A stretch of DNA of 64,000 nt from Myxococcota bacterium (GTDB lineage Bacteria; Myxococcota; XYA12-FULL-58-9; JALHOP01), in contig JALHOP010000014.1 in NCBI GenBank assembly GCA_022842935.1, positions 58,053 to 122,052 on the forward strand, written 5' to 3'. The notes beneath the pieces are model-generated. The model had not been told where the DNA came from and made no database searches. It saw nothing but the letters and a program-made list of their open reading frames with translations. Every line of letters starts with the position of its first letter. Positions within the stretch are counted from its first letter, which is position 1. The translations under genes and the position numbers were made by a program. Of this stretch, positions 16,714 through 26,729 are shown one piece after another.

Positions 16714-19134
16714 ATGTTTCGCAGCGTGAGCGACGGGATCGCCTACGGAGACTACTACCTGCTCGGACGTCTCGGGACCGGCGGTACGGCCGAGGTGTTC
16801 CTGGGTAAGCGGCTGGGTGACGGCGTAGGCGGAGCTCTATTCGCCGTGAAGCGTCTGTTGACGCAATTCTCGGGCAACCCCGACCTCGTGAAGACGTTTC
16901 AGGACGAGTCGCGCATCGCTAGCGTCCTATGGCACCCCAACATCGCCGAGACGGTCGATTCAGGGATCAACAACAAGCAGCACTTCCTCGTCATGGAGTT
17001 CATCCACGGCAAGGACTTGAAGAGCATCCAGCAGCGGGCACGCAAGGGCGGTTCCCGACTTCCTTACGTCGCGAGCGCTTACATCATCGCGGCCATTGCC
17101 GACGCTCTCGAATACGCGCATGAGTGTGAGCCCCCCGAAGGTCTCGGCACCTCGATTGTCCACCGCGACCTGAGCCCGCAGAAGATCTTGGTCTCATACG
17201 ATGGCGTTCCGAAAGTCATCGACTTCAGCGCCCGCGACGCAAAGAGCCGCGGCATCGAGGGGCGTATTGGGTCCATCAAGGGGCGGTTTGGATACCTTGC
17301 GCCCGAACAGGCAACGAGCAACCCGGCCGACCGACGCTCGGACGTCTTTTCACTCGGGGTCATCCTCTACGAGCTGACCACTGGCATGGCTCCGTTCAGA
17401 GGCGGGAGCGACGCCGCAACCCTCGGCAAGGTCGCGCGCGCCAGCTTCTCCCCGCCCGAGCTTGTGAACGCCAGTATGCCTCGGGTGCTCGGGAAGATCA
17501 TCGAACGTGCCATGCAGCGCGACCCCGACAAGCGCTACCAGACGCCAAACGAAATGGCCGAGGCCCTGCGAACCTTCATCCGTGATGACGGACAGGTCAT
17601 CGACAAGGGCGAGTTAGCTCGACTCGTGCGTGAGCTCTTCGCCGACGACTACGAGCGCGAGAAGGTGCGTGTCGAACAATACCGCCGCCTGACGCCGCCG
17701 GCTGCTTCGGGGTCGGGTAACAAGCCAGTAGCGATGGGCGACAGCATCACTGCGGGTGGCCCCGAAGGCTCGCTCGCGAGCAACACGCGAGACGAACGCA
17801 CGACCGCTAACGAGCACTCGTTCGCTAGTATCGACGACGACGACGACACCGGGGTGAATGACGCCGCCGGCGACCCCATCGCCGAACACTTCGAGCGGAC
17901 CGATACCGGCATCGCTGACACGGGTTTGCATCAACAACTCGTGGACAGCGGCGTTCACCCCATCATCGACACGGGCGCGCATCACGCGACGCCCAAGACC
18001 GACGTGCACGACGTGGCCGGCACGAGTGTCCACGATGTCCCACCGGCCTCGGTGGTCATGGCCGCCGAGGCGGTGCAAAGTCAGGACTTCGAGGTCTCGA
18101 CCGAACAGCTGTCGCTGATGCCCTTCGAGCCCACTCCCAGTGTCACCACGGCGACGGCGGTCCCCGATGCCGACACGAAGCCGGTGGCCGGTGACTTCGA
18201 CTTGTCATTCGACGAGGTCATCCCGCAGTTCGACGACGAGCCAACCGGTGCCGACGACCCCGGCGCGCGCGCCCCCGCGAGCAAGGCATCGGACTTCCCT
18301 GAGAACCCGTGGGCGCAAGAGTCGGCGGCATCCACGGTGAGCTTCAACATACCGCCCGCGGCTCTAGGAGAAGGTCCGACGGTGGTGGCCGATCCGCTGT
18401 TCGGCAATCAGGGTCCGAGTGACTCTCTCTTCCAGATCAAAACGCCAACCGCCGCTTCACCGTCGATCATCTTCGAGGCGAAGACAAAGGTCTACGAAGA
18501 GAGCATCGCGGACCTCGTTCGCCGCACGCAGCCGTCGGGCTTTGGCGTAGAGATCACAAAGCAAGACAACGCGCCGGCGAAAGCGGAAAAGGCGCAGATG
18601 TCGGCGGTGATCGCCGCTGTAAGTCCGCTCGCCGCTGCCACCACCGTCGAGCCGCTCCACGCGGCCACGACCGTGCAGCCGATGCACGTCGCCACTGTGG
18701 TGGCCACGCCCCCCGAAAAGGCGATCACCGAGGTCGCGCTACCTCAACCCAAGCCCAAGAAAAAGAAGGGACGCGGACTCTCGAAGATCGAAGAAAACGA
18801 GGGCGACACCGAGACCGACAAGGTCAACGACGACGACCTCTTCCTGGACGACGAAGCCTTCGCGAAATCGGGGCCGCTCCCTGACGAGTTCGAGGCACCG
18901 AAAACCACCGCGAACGCCGTTCCCGGCGCCATGCTGGCCGAGGCGTCCGAGCCACCCGAGGACCTCGACGAATACGAAGAAGTCGGTCGCTTCTTTTCAC
19001 GCAGTGATCTGATCACCCTCGTGGTCGCCGCATTCATGGGTCTTCTCATCATGACGGCGTCATATGTGTACGCCCTCAACGTGCCCCTGCCCGATCAACC
19101 CTCCACCGGCGAGCAGTTCGACGGCAGTCACTGA
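16714..19134 (+). CDS. Ser/Thr protein kinase-like protein with C-terminal TM anchor (atypical catalytic motifs)
   Basis: 806 aa. Gly loop LGTGGTAEV, FAVKRL (Lys), HRDLSPQK instead of HRDLKPxN, DFS instead of DFG, YLAPEQ; long acidic linker; C-terminal TM LITLVVAAFMGLLIMTASYVYAL. Confidence 0.8.
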   Translation: MFRSVSDGIAYGDYYLLGRLGTGGTAEVFLGKRLGDGVGGALFAVKRLLTQFSGNPDLVKTFQDESRIASVLWHPNIAETVDSGINNKQHFLVMEFIHGKDLKSIQQRARKGGSRLPYVASAYIIAAIADALEYAHECEPPEGLGTSIVHRDLSPQKILVSYDGVPKVIDFSARDAKSRGIEGRIGSIKGRFGYLAPEQATSNPADRRSDVFSLGVILYELTTGMAPFRGGSDAATLGKVARASFSPPELVNASMPRVLGKIIERAMQRDPDKRYQTPNEMAEALRTFIRDDGQVIDKGELARLVRELFADDYEREKVRVEQYRRLTPPAASGSGNKPVAMGDSITAGGPEGSLASNTRDERTTANEHSFASIDDDDDTGVNDAAGDPIAEHFERTDTGIADTGLHQQLVDSGVHPIIDTGAHHATPKTDVHDVAGTSVHDVPPASVVMAAEAVQSQDFEVSTEQLSLMPFEPTPSVTTATAVPDADTKPVAGDFDLSFDEVIPQFDDEPTGADDPGARAPASKASDFPENPWAQESAASTVSFNIPPAALGEGPTVVADPLFGNQGPSDSLFQIKTPTAASPSIIFEAKTKVYEESIADLVRRTQPSGFGVEITKQDNAPAKAEKAQMSAVIAAVSPLAAATTVEPLHAATTVQPMHVATVVATPPEKAITEVALPQPKPKKKKGRGLSKIEENEGDTETDKVNDDDLFLDDEAFAKSGPLPDEFEAPKTTANAVPGAMLAEASEPPEDLDEYEEVGRFFSRSDLITLVVAAFMGLLIMTASYVYALNVPLPDQPSTGEQFDGSH
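18631..18715 (+). repeat. Imperfect about 27-30 bp tandem repeat x3 inside the kinase linker (encodes AATTVEPLH / AATTVQPMH / VATVVATPP)
   Basis: Read directly from nucleotide and protein. Confidence 0.4.
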
Positions 19135-19212
19135 GCCCCACGAGCGCGTGCCTCGCGCGCCATGCAGGGCCTGCAAACGGGCCATAGCAAATCAAGGCGA
19201 GGTGAAGTGGGT

Positions 19213-19821
19213 CTAGCGCACGGTGATGGCAGTGGAGCGAAAGCCATCGACGCCACGGGGGTGCACGACTTCGGCCTTGGTACCAGCGACCACGAGGCGA
19301 ACGTCGAGCGGGTTCTGCGCGAGGAGGGCGACCAAATCAACCAGCGTATCACCCGCGCTATGGCTTCCGCGCGTCGCAGGCCACCGATCGGCATCGACCA
19401 TGATCACCAGCGTCGTATCCAGCCGGTGTGCAAGCTGCGAGAGGGCTTCGCGGATCTTGTGAGCGCTGCCGCCAAGAGCGCGTAAGAACGCCCCCTTCTC
19501 GCTGTGACCCTGGCGCACAGCGGGTACGCCGAGATCGAAGAGCGCTTCGAGAAGACCCGCAAGCGACGTCGGGTCCGCCGCGTTGCGCCCCGTCATACGC
19601 TCGTGCAGTCGCGCCAGTGTCTCGAGGCCCCAGTCTGCGTTGCGCGTCAGCGCGTGACCGATGCACTGGCTTAGGGTCCGGCAAACGGTCAGCGAGCTGC
19701 CCGAGATGGTGACGAGCGTCGTGCCGCGGCTAAGTGCTTTCGTCGCGAGGGCGATCTCGCGCGGCGAAAACACGGGCTCGTTTCCGTAACGAGCTTCACG
19801 AACGAGCTCAATGGCGCGCAT
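19213..19821 (-). CDS. Hypothetical protein (not Pal-like)
   Basis: 202 aa with good GC3 bias. No signal peptide or OmpA motif. Located downstream of tolB. Confidence 0.5.
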   Translation of the reverse strand: MRAIELVREARYGNEPVFSPREIALATKALSRGTTLVTISGSSLTVCRTLSQCIGHALTRNADWGLETLARLHERMTGRNAADPTSLAGLLEALFDLGVPAVRQGHSEKGAFLRALGGSAHKIREALSQLAHRLDTTLVIMVDADRWPATRGSHSAGDTLVDLVALLAQNPLDVRLVVAGTKAEVVHPRGVDGFRSTAITVR

Positions 19822-19914
19822 CGACTATGGGGAGGATGAACGACTCCGTTCTCAGCGTCCATGCGCGGAACGCTGACAAGCCGACAGAACCCGAAGGCCT
19901 CGCAGCCGACGCGC

Positions 19915-21240
19915 TCAATAGCCGAGCCGAGGCCCCCACGACGGCGTCTCGACGTCGCCCTGAACGCGGGCGATGAGACGCTGATTATTGCCGTCGACGT
20001 CCATGATGTAGAGGCGTCGGCCGCCCGCGCCGGCCCGGGTCGACACGAACGCGATGTGGTGACCGTCGGGCGAGTGCGTCGGCGACTCGTTGTTGCCTTC
20101 GTCCTGGGTGAGCCGCGTGATGACGCCAGTGTCCGGGTCGACCACGAAGATGTCGTACTTCATGCGCTCGTCGCGCGCCGTGAAGGCGATTTGCCCGCCA
20201 GCGCGCGGCGACCAGTCGGGCTCTTGGTTGTAGTTGCCCTGGAAGGTCAAGCGGCGGGCATTCGAGCCATCGGCGTTCATGACGTAGATGTGCGGGTTGC
20301 CGGCCCGCGACGAGACGAACGCAATGCGTGAGCCGTCGGGGCTCCACGTCGGCGAGACGTCCTGGCCCCATGAGTCGGTGAGACGGCGGACGTTACCGCC
20401 GCCAACATCCATCACGTAAATCTCCGTGTTGCCGTCGACCGACAAGGTCAGCGCGATGCGGCGCCCGTCAGGTGAGACTTGCGCTCCAGTGTTCAGGCCA
20501 CGTTGGTTGGAGAGGTTCTTGGCGTTCTGGCCGTCGAGCCCGATACGCCACAGGTCGGGATTTCCGTCGGCGTACGAGGTGTAGATGATGCCCGCGCCAC
20601 CCGGGAGCCAGGCAGGCAAGAGCGACAGAATGCCCTCGGCGGTGATGCGACGCTCGGCGCCCCCGTCCATGTCGGCGACGAAGACGGCCTTACCGCCACG
20701 CGTCTTGCGCACGTAAGCGAGGTGCGACGAGAAGATGCCCTTTTCGCCTGTGAGCGTCTCGATGAGCTCATCGAGAAACTTATGGATGGCGCGTGAGCCG
20801 CGGTCGATGCTCTCGTCGTACTCGCGGGCCAGTACTTCACGCTGCGCGACGACGTCGTAAAAGCGCAGGTTGATCTTCGCGTTTTTGCCAGCCACCGCGA
20901 CGGTGCCGCGGATGAGGCCCGAGGCGCCGACATTGGTCCAGTTCTGGAAGTTGGGCTTGGTGACCGGCTCCTTGTCGGGAGCGAGGTAGGTGTTCGGCGG
21001 AACAAGCTCGAGCGAGCGCGCCAGGTCGACGTCGATCTGCAGGATGGCCGAGAGCTCTTTGGCCACCTTGTTGGCGTCACCGCCAGCGGGGACGATGTCG
21101 GGAGCCGCCACTGGATAGGGACGGAAGTTCGCGCCGCCAACAGCGATTTGCATGCGTTGCGCGGACGCGGGGACCGCGACCAAGAGCGCGCCGACGACCA
21201 AGATAAGCTTACGGAACGATTTCGTCATGACGGCTCGCAC
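19915..21240 (-). CDS. tolB: Tol-Pal system beta-propeller protein TolB
   Basis: 441 aa. Signal peptide, N-terminal TolB domain and repeated propeller blades (DVSPTWSPDGSRIAF, NESPTHSPDGHHIAF). Alternative start at Met5 (21228). Confidence 0.85.
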   Translation of the reverse strand: MRAVMTKSFRKLILVVGALLVAVPASAQRMQIAVGGANFRPYPVAAPDIVPAGGDANKVAKELSAILQIDVDLARSLELVPPNTYLAPDKEPVTKPNFQNWTNVGASGLIRGTVAVAGKNAKINLRFYDVVAQREVLAREYDESIDRGSRAIHKFLDELIETLTGEKGIFSSHLAYVRKTRGGKAVFVADMDGGAERRITAEGILSLLPAWLPGGAGIIYTSYADGNPDLWRIGLDGQNAKNLSNQRGLNTGAQVSPDGRRIALTLSVDGNTEIYVMDVGGGNVRRLTDSWGQDVSPTWSPDGSRIAFVSSRAGNPHIYVMNADGSNARRLTFQGNYNQEPDWSPRAGGQIAFTARDERMKYDIFVVDPDTGVITRLTQDEGNNESPTHSPDGHHIAFVSTRAGAGGRRLYIMDVDGNNQRLIARVQGDVETPSWGPRLGY

Positions 21241-21350
21241 TACAGCACAACTTGCGACTCACGTTGAAGTAATTCGAGGCCTCGCCACGGAGGTTCGCCT
21301 GCGGCAGGTGCATGGCCGAACACCCGGGCCCGCCGAGGTGGGCGCCCCTG

Positions 21351-22073
21351 TTAGGGCGTGAACGTGACTTCGAACCCATCTTTGCGCGCTTGTTCGGCGA
21401 TCTCGGCGTCAGGGGGAGAGACCTTGGCGCACTTCTGCGCGGCGTTCTTCACCGCCGAGTCGAACCGCTGGTCGCCGCTCGACTTGGTGATCTCGAGGTC
21501 GGAAAGCCGGCCGTCTTTCTGGACGCTGATCGCGATCTTGGCCGACTTACCCGCAGCCTGCGCCGGCGACATCCCGAGCAGATCCCAGTGCGCCTTCATG
21601 CAAGCGTAGACCTCGCTCGCAAGCTTGTTGCCGGCGAGCGCCTTGTTGGTCGTGCCGTACTGCGAACCGTCTTCGCGACCCTCGGGCTCTTCCTGGTTCT
21701 TCAGGCGGTCGAGCGCGTTCTGCACCTTGCTCATCTGCGACAAGCGGTCCTTGGCCGATGGCGTCGCGTCTTTGGGAGGCGTGGGCTTCGCCTGCGGGGG
21801 CGGATCGGTCGGGGCTGTCTGCGGTGGCGGGTCCGCCTTTTCTGGCGGCGGTGGCGGCTCGTCCTTGCGCGGCAACAGGTCTTTGGGTCGCTCTTTGCCG
21901 AGGCGTACGAGCTCAGTGACGATGACATTCTGAGCGGGCTTACGGCTATGCGCGGACTTGATGGTGACGAGCGCGACGATGACCACGCCGACATGCGCTA
22001 TCACGGACACCAAGATCGCCCGGCTTAGAGACGTCGACTTTCGGCGTCGGTTGTCGACTTGTCCGAGCTGCAT
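21351..22073 (-). CDS. TonB/TolA-family energy transducer (TolA-like by context)
   Basis: 240 aa. N-terminal TM (ILVSVIAHVGVVIVALV), Pro-rich spacer, C-terminal TonB-type domain. Confidence 0.7.
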   Translation of the reverse strand: MQLGQVDNRRRKSTSLSRAILVSVIAHVGVVIVALVTIKSAHSRKPAQNVIVTELVRLGKERPKDLLPRKDEPPPPPEKADPPPQTAPTDPPPQAKPTPPKDATPSAKDRLSQMSKVQNALDRLKNQEEPEGREDGSQYGTTNKALAGNKLASEVYACMKAHWDLLGMSPAQAAGKSAKIAISVQKDGRLSDLEITKSSGDQRFDSAVKNAAQKCAKVSPPDAEIAEQARKDGFEVTFTP

Positions 22074-22085
22074 CGCGCGTCGCCC

Positions 22086-22502
22086 CTACTTCTTCGGTTG
22101 CACCGGGTCGGTCACCATTCCGAGGTTCGTGACTCCCGCGTCCTTGATGATCGCCATGAGGTCGACCACGACTCCGTACGGCAAGTTGCGATCGGCGTGG
22201 AGGTAGAGCTGCTTGTCACGCGCGAGCTTGGTATTGCCCACCAGCTTGTCGCGCAGCTGCGCGTACGGAATCTCGGTCTCGCCAATGAAGATGTGACGAT
22301 CTTTGGTGACCGTTAGCACCAGGCGGTCTTCTTGGACGTCGAGCGTCGGCGCCTTGGTCTGCGGTAGGTCGACCGGCACACCCTGCTGAATGAGCGGCGC
22401 GGTCACCATGAAGATGATGAGCAACACCAACATCACGTCGACCATCGGCGTAACGTTGATCTCGGCTAGCGCGCGGCCTGAGCCTGAAACCTGCATCGCC
22501 AT
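22086..22502 (-). CDS. tolR: ExbD/TolR-family biopolymer transport protein
   Basis: 138 aa. Characteristic INVTPMVDVMLVLLIIFMV TM segment. Confidence 0.8.
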   Translation of the reverse strand: MAMQVSGSGRALAEINVTPMVDVMLVLLIIFMVTAPLIQQGVPVDLPQTKAPTLDVQEDRLVLTVTKDRHIFIGETEIPYAQLRDKLVGNTKLARDKQLYLHADRNLPYGVVVDLMAIIKDAGVTNLGMVTDPVQPKK

Positions 22503-22632
22503 GGCTTAGAGCGTTCTCGCAACCCGCAGATGAGAGCGTCGAGGCGTGTGGCGGGTCATGAGACACGCTCTCGTCCCTTTCGGGCCTGGTGGTTCGCTTG
22601 GCTAGTTTGCCTGCCTTTGGCAGACGCTGGTC

Positions 22633-23466
22633 CTAAAAAAAGTGACGCTTGATGATGTTGAGAAAGTCAGCCGAGAAGTTCTGCATTTCGGTGTCGAGCA
22701 CTCGGATCTTGGCAATGAAGAAGTTGTACGCAATGACCGCGGGGATCGCCGCGAAGAGCCCAAAGGCCGTGGCCACCAGCGCTCCGCCGATACCCGGCGC
22801 GACCGTCGCGAGATTCGCATTTCCCATACGTCCAATGTCTTGGAACGAGGTCATGATTCCGACGACCGTCCCCAACAGGCCGATGAACGGCGAGGACGAG
22901 GCCACGGTCGCGAGGAACGGGATCATCGACTCGAGGCCAGTCAGCTCGGCGGCAGCGGTACGGCGCATCGAGCGCTCGACGCTCTCGAGGTCGCCCATGG
23001 CTGTTTCGCCGACATGCCCGGAGGCCGGGGCGGGCTCCTCTTTCTTCTTGAGCTTGGCGAGCTCCACATAGCCCGCGCGAAAGACCTGCGAGACCGGGGA
23101 GGCCGGTAGGGCGTCACTCTTCTGGTAGATGGCGTCGAGGCGCTTGCTGCTCCAGAACATATCGAGGAACGATTCGCTGTCGCCATAAGCCCGGCGAATG
23201 GTGCGCCACTTGAAGTAGATGATGGCCCAGCTCACGATCGAGAAGATGATGAGCAGCAGCATGACCGCTTTTTCCGGGAGGCCGGCGGTCATCATGGACT
23301 CGATGAAGCCGTAGCTGGGTGGCGCGACCGCCGGGGCCGGTGGCGTCTGCGCGAGCAAAAGCAGGGCAACGTACAGGGCGTTCATGACGAAGCGCGCTAC
23401 CACGCCCGCGCGCGAATTAGCAAATTGGGCCCCCAGAGGTGGCCACGATTTGCCTTTGAAGGGCAT
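22633..23466 (-). CDS. tolQ: MotA/TolQ/ExbB-family proton channel protein
   Basis: 277 aa ORF; probable start at internal Met (MNALYVALLLL, about 23385). Three TM helices and conserved C-terminal region (IGLLGTVVGIMTSF...APGIGGALVATAFGLFAAIPAVIAYNFF). Confidence 0.8.
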   Translation of the reverse strand: MPFKGKSWPPLGAQFANSRAGVVARFVMNALYVALLLLAQTPPAPAVAPPSYGFIESMMTAGLPEKAVMLLLIIFSIVSWAIIYFKWRTIRRAYGDSESFLDMFWSSKRLDAIYQKSDALPASPVSQVFRAGYVELAKLKKKEEPAPASGHVGETAMGDLESVERSMRRTAAAELTGLESMIPFLATVASSSPFIGLLGTVVGIMTSFQDIGRMGNANLATVAPGIGGALVATAFGLFAAIPAVIAYNFFIAKIRVLDTEMQNFSADFLNIIKRHFF

Positions 23467-23590
23467 GACCTAGCGCGTTGAACCCGGTTTTGCTGCCTTC
23501 GTCGCCGCAAAAGACAAGCCGGGACGGGGGCCTCGCGCGTAGGTATAATGCCGCCATGCGGTCCCGTGTCCCGGGGCTGCCAGGCGGTTC

Positions 23591-25069
23591 ATGGTCGAAA
23601 TCCGCGAAAATAAAGTGGATTTGTCGCACGTTGACGACGCGAACCGCGCCCGTCAGCGGTCAGACGACGCCGCTTACGCCCTCCTTAGCGCGATCCGCAA
23701 AGACCGGACTGTCGCGGTCGAGCTCGCCCGTCTGAACCCCGCCGACATGTCGGAGCCGGCCAAAGAGGCCATGGGCCGCATGCTGGTCGAGCAATTGCGC
23801 GGTCAGCTCCCCGAGCAGCTCGCGCAGCAGCTCCAGACCGGTTCGGCAAACGACGCGGTGCTCGCGAAGCTGATGCAGCGCTTCGCCAACGCCAACGACC
23901 CCAATCCGAACAACCGCTTTGGACAGGCCCCCTCGCCCGAAGCGGCGCGCCAAGCCGCGACCGATCAATCGACGCCACACCAAGCGCTGCAGTGGACGCA
24001 GTTCGTCCAAAAAGTAACGCACATCCCGCAGGCGCTGGTTCGCGACCGCCATGGCGTAGCGTCGCCGAAAGGCGAGGGCACGACTCTCATCGAGATCTTG
24101 GGGCAGCGTCTGTCGGCTCTCGACGGCGCGAGCCTCCGGCTGCCTCACCTCGTCGAGCGCGCACCCGGCGATCTGTCGCCGGCCCAACGCTTGGCGCTCA
24201 TGAAAGCGACCTTCGGCGACGAGCTCGCCGACGTGTTCGGACGACTCGGCATCAGTGACCCTCTACAGCTCGTGCGAGCCGGCGCATTGCCTGGCGATCG
24301 GGCGAGCCTCGCCGAGGCCCTGGGGATGGGTCGCGGCGAGCTGCTGGCGTTGCTCATGCGAGCCGAGCTCCTCAAGATCGGCCCCGGCCGCAACGGCGAG
24401 CTCGGGATGCGTCCCGAATACCTGCTTGCTCTGAAAGACGCTGGCGTCGCGATGCTGGGCACGATGGCGGCGCTGCGCGCGCTCTCACACGAGGAGCTTT
24501 CAGCGCTCTACAAGAAGCTACGCGAGTCGCTCAGTGGCTTCGGCAAGACCTCGAAGGGCAGCCGGCCGCTCGTGAAGCGCGATCTCTTGCACTGGGCACG
24601 TAGCGCCGCCCGTCGCGCAAGCGACATCATGCTGGCCGATCGCGAACAGATCGGCAGGCAGCTCGGTCGCGGGGACGCACAAGAGCTCGTCCAGGCCTGG
24701 TATCTCGAAAACCTCTTCTGGACTGAGCTTGCTGCGCATCGCCGTCAGCAAGAGGCGCACGCGCGTATCTACGAGCGTGAGCGCGATCGCGAACGTCGCG
24801 AGCAACAGCAGAACCAGCAGCAACGCGACGAGCAGCAGCAGCAAGAAGAAGAGCTGCAGCAGAAGCGCGACTGGCAAGACGAGGTACCGAAGCTCGCCTA
24901 CGACGAGCAACGCAGCGACCAGCTCATGTGTTTCTGGATCACCGACTTCAACGCTCACTCGGCAATGTCGGGTGTCATGCGACGTATGTACGTTTGCATC
25001 GACCCCGAGAGCGGCGCCATCATCCCGCAGGCGATTGAATCGGAGATCGTACACGGGCTCACCGGCTAA
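23591..25069 (+). CDS. Hypothetical protein with Gln/Glu/Arg-rich coiled-coil segment
   Basis: 492 aa. Helical regions and a QQQ/EEE/RER-rich stretch. No family assigned. Confidence 0.55.
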   Translation: MVEIRENKVDLSHVDDANRARQRSDDAAYALLSAIRKDRTVAVELARLNPADMSEPAKEAMGRMLVEQLRGQLPEQLAQQLQTGSANDAVLAKLMQRFANANDPNPNNRFGQAPSPEAARQAATDQSTPHQALQWTQFVQKVTHIPQALVRDRHGVASPKGEGTTLIEILGQRLSALDGASLRLPHLVERAPGDLSPAQRLALMKATFGDELADVFGRLGISDPLQLVRAGALPGDRASLAEALGMGRGELLALLMRAELLKIGPGRNGELGMRPEYLLALKDAGVAMLGTMAALRALSHEELSALYKKLRESLSGFGKTSKGSRPLVKRDLLHWARSAARRASDIMLADREQIGRQLGRGDAQELVQAWYLENLFWTELAAHRRQQEAHARIYERERDRERREQQQNQQQRDEQQQQEEELQQKRDWQDEVPKLAYDEQRSDQLMCFWITDFNAHSAMSGVMRRMYVCIDPESGAIIPQAIESEIVHGLTG

Positions 25070-25079
25070 TCATCGGGTT

Positions 25080-26729
25080 TTGCTGTTCGTTTTGGCGGTC
25101 ACATGCGGCTGCTCTCGCGAACACGCGTCCGAAAAGAGCCAAGAGCGGCCACGACCGCAGCCCCCGGCGATCTACCGAGGCGATACGCTGCCGCCGATCA
25201 GCGAGCAGGGAACCCGTGTCGAAGGCGGCACCCTTCGCATCGGTATGGCCTCCGAGCCTCCGCACCTGAACCCGCAACTCGATCCGGTCGACGCGCGCGG
25301 ACGCGACATCGCTTACTACATCTATGAGTCGCTGGCGCAGGCCGACCCACGTAATTGGCGTCCAGAGCCTCGACTGGCGGAGTCATGGGACATTGCCGAT
25401 GACCGCCGTACGTTCCGCTTCCATTTGAGGCGCGGCGTGAAGTGGCACGACGGCAAGCCCTTCACCGCGGACGACGTGGTTTTCACCTTCGAGAAGCTAC
25501 GGGATCCAAAGGTCGCCGCAACGGGGATGCGAGGTTATGTCGAGCCCATCGTGAGCGTCGTCGCCGAAGACCCGCACACCGTCGTGTTCACGACCGCGCA
25601 GCCTTACTGGTTCGCGCTCGAGGCGATCACCGACATCTATATCTATCCCAAGCATCTGTTCTCTTCCGGGGACTTCAACGAACACCCCAGAAACCGCGCC
25701 CCGGTAGGAACTGGCCGCTACAAGTTCGTCGAATGGAAGACCGGGGACCATCTGACGCTCGCGAAGAACACGAGCTACTACGGTAGGCCCGCGCACCTCG
25801 ACACGCTCCAGTTCGTCTACGTTCCCGACGCGCAGATGCGTGCGCAGATGCTCAAGAACGGCGAGCTCGACGTGGTCGAGAGGCTGGCCCCGGAGCAATG
25901 GCGCGCGCTCACCGAAGACAGCGCCGTCGCGGAGAAGTTCTACCGCCTCCGTCACATCCCCGATGGCATTCAATGGATCGGCTGGAACGAAGCAAAGCCA
26001 ATATTCAGCGACGCGCGCGTGCGTCGCGCTCTGACCATGCTCATTGATCGGGACGACATCGTAAGCGGGCTTCGCCTCGGACTCGACGTCCCCGCAGCCT
26101 CGTGGTTCTACCCGGGGTCGCCCGAGCACAACCCTCGGATTACGCCTTGGCCCTATGATCCCGAGGCCGCCAAGAAGATGCTCGCCGAGGCCGGTTGGAG
26201 CGACAGCAACGGCGACGGAACCCTCGACAAAGATGGAGTCGAGCTCACGTTCACGTTTCTCTATCCCACCAACAACCCGCTTTACGAACAGCTCGCGGCT
26301 CTCATCACGATGGAGATGCGCGCTGCAAAGATCGGCGTAAGCGCAGCCAAGCTCGAGTGGTCGGTCTACACCGAGCGACTGCGTCATCGCGACTTCGACG
26401 CATGCTCACTGGTATGGAAGCTCGAGCCAAAGGGTGACCCGTATCCCATCTGGCACTCGACCAGCATCAAAGAGGGCTCGAACTGGGTTGGCTTCAACGA
26501 CGCAGAAGCGGACAAGTTGCTCGAAGAAGCGCGCCGCGAATTCGATCGCGACAAGCGAGCCGCAATCTACCAACGGTTCAGCGAGATCCTTCACGAGCAA
26601 GAGCCCATCACCTTACTCTTCAACCGCTATAACCTATCGATGGTGTCGAAGCGTTTCGGCGGCGTGTATTCGACGCCTTACGGGTTGTTCCGCTACGACG
26701 ACATCTACACCATCGGAGCAGCTCGGTGA
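25080..26729 (+). CDS. ABC transporter substrate-binding protein, family 5 (oligopeptide/dipeptide/nickel type)
   Basis: ORF track frame runs from 24729 but overlaps the upstream gene. Lipoprotein-like LLFVLAVTCGCS, then typical SBP_bac_5 features (GGTLRIGMASEPPHLNP, KWHDGKPFTADDVVFTFEK). Start uncertain; no in-frame ATG. Confidence 0.75.
   Translation: MLFVLAVTCGCSREHASEKSQERPRPQPPAIYRGDTLPPISEQGTRVEGGTLRIGMASEPPHLNPQLDPVDARGRDIAYYIYESLAQADPRNWRPEPRLAESWDIADDRRTFRFHLRRGVKWHDGKPFTADDVVFTFEKLRDPKVAATGMRGYVEPIVSVVAEDPHTVVFTTAQPYWFALEAITDIYIYPKHLFSSGDFNEHPRNRAPVGTGRYKFVEWKTGDHLTLAKNTSYYGRPAHLDTLQFVYVPDAQMRAQMLKNGELDVVERLAPEQWRALTEDSAVAEKFYRLRHIPDGIQWIGWNEAKPIFSDARVRRALTMLIDRDDIVSGLRLGLDVPAASWFYPGSPEHNPRITPWPYDPEAAKKMLAEAGWSDSNGDGTLDKDGVELTFTFLYPTNNPLYEQLAALITMEMRAAKIGVSAAKLEWSVYTERLRHRDFDACSLVWKLEPKGDPYPIWHSTSIKEGSNWVGFNDAEADKLLEEARREFDRDKRAAIYQRFSEILHEQEPITLLFNRYNLSMVSKRFGGVYSTPYGLFRYDDIYTIGAAR

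Noticed and set aside
19213-19821. Considered whether the gene after tolB is pal
   Set aside because: No lipoprotein signal peptide and no OmpA-type peptidoglycan-binding motif; kept as hypothetical.
24729-25079. N-terminal extension of the ABC substrate-binding protein ORF overlapping the upstream gene by about 340 nt
   Set aside because: Overlaps the 3' end of 23591..25069 in another frame and precedes the lipoprotein-type signal; treated as non-coding extension of the stop-to-stop ORF.
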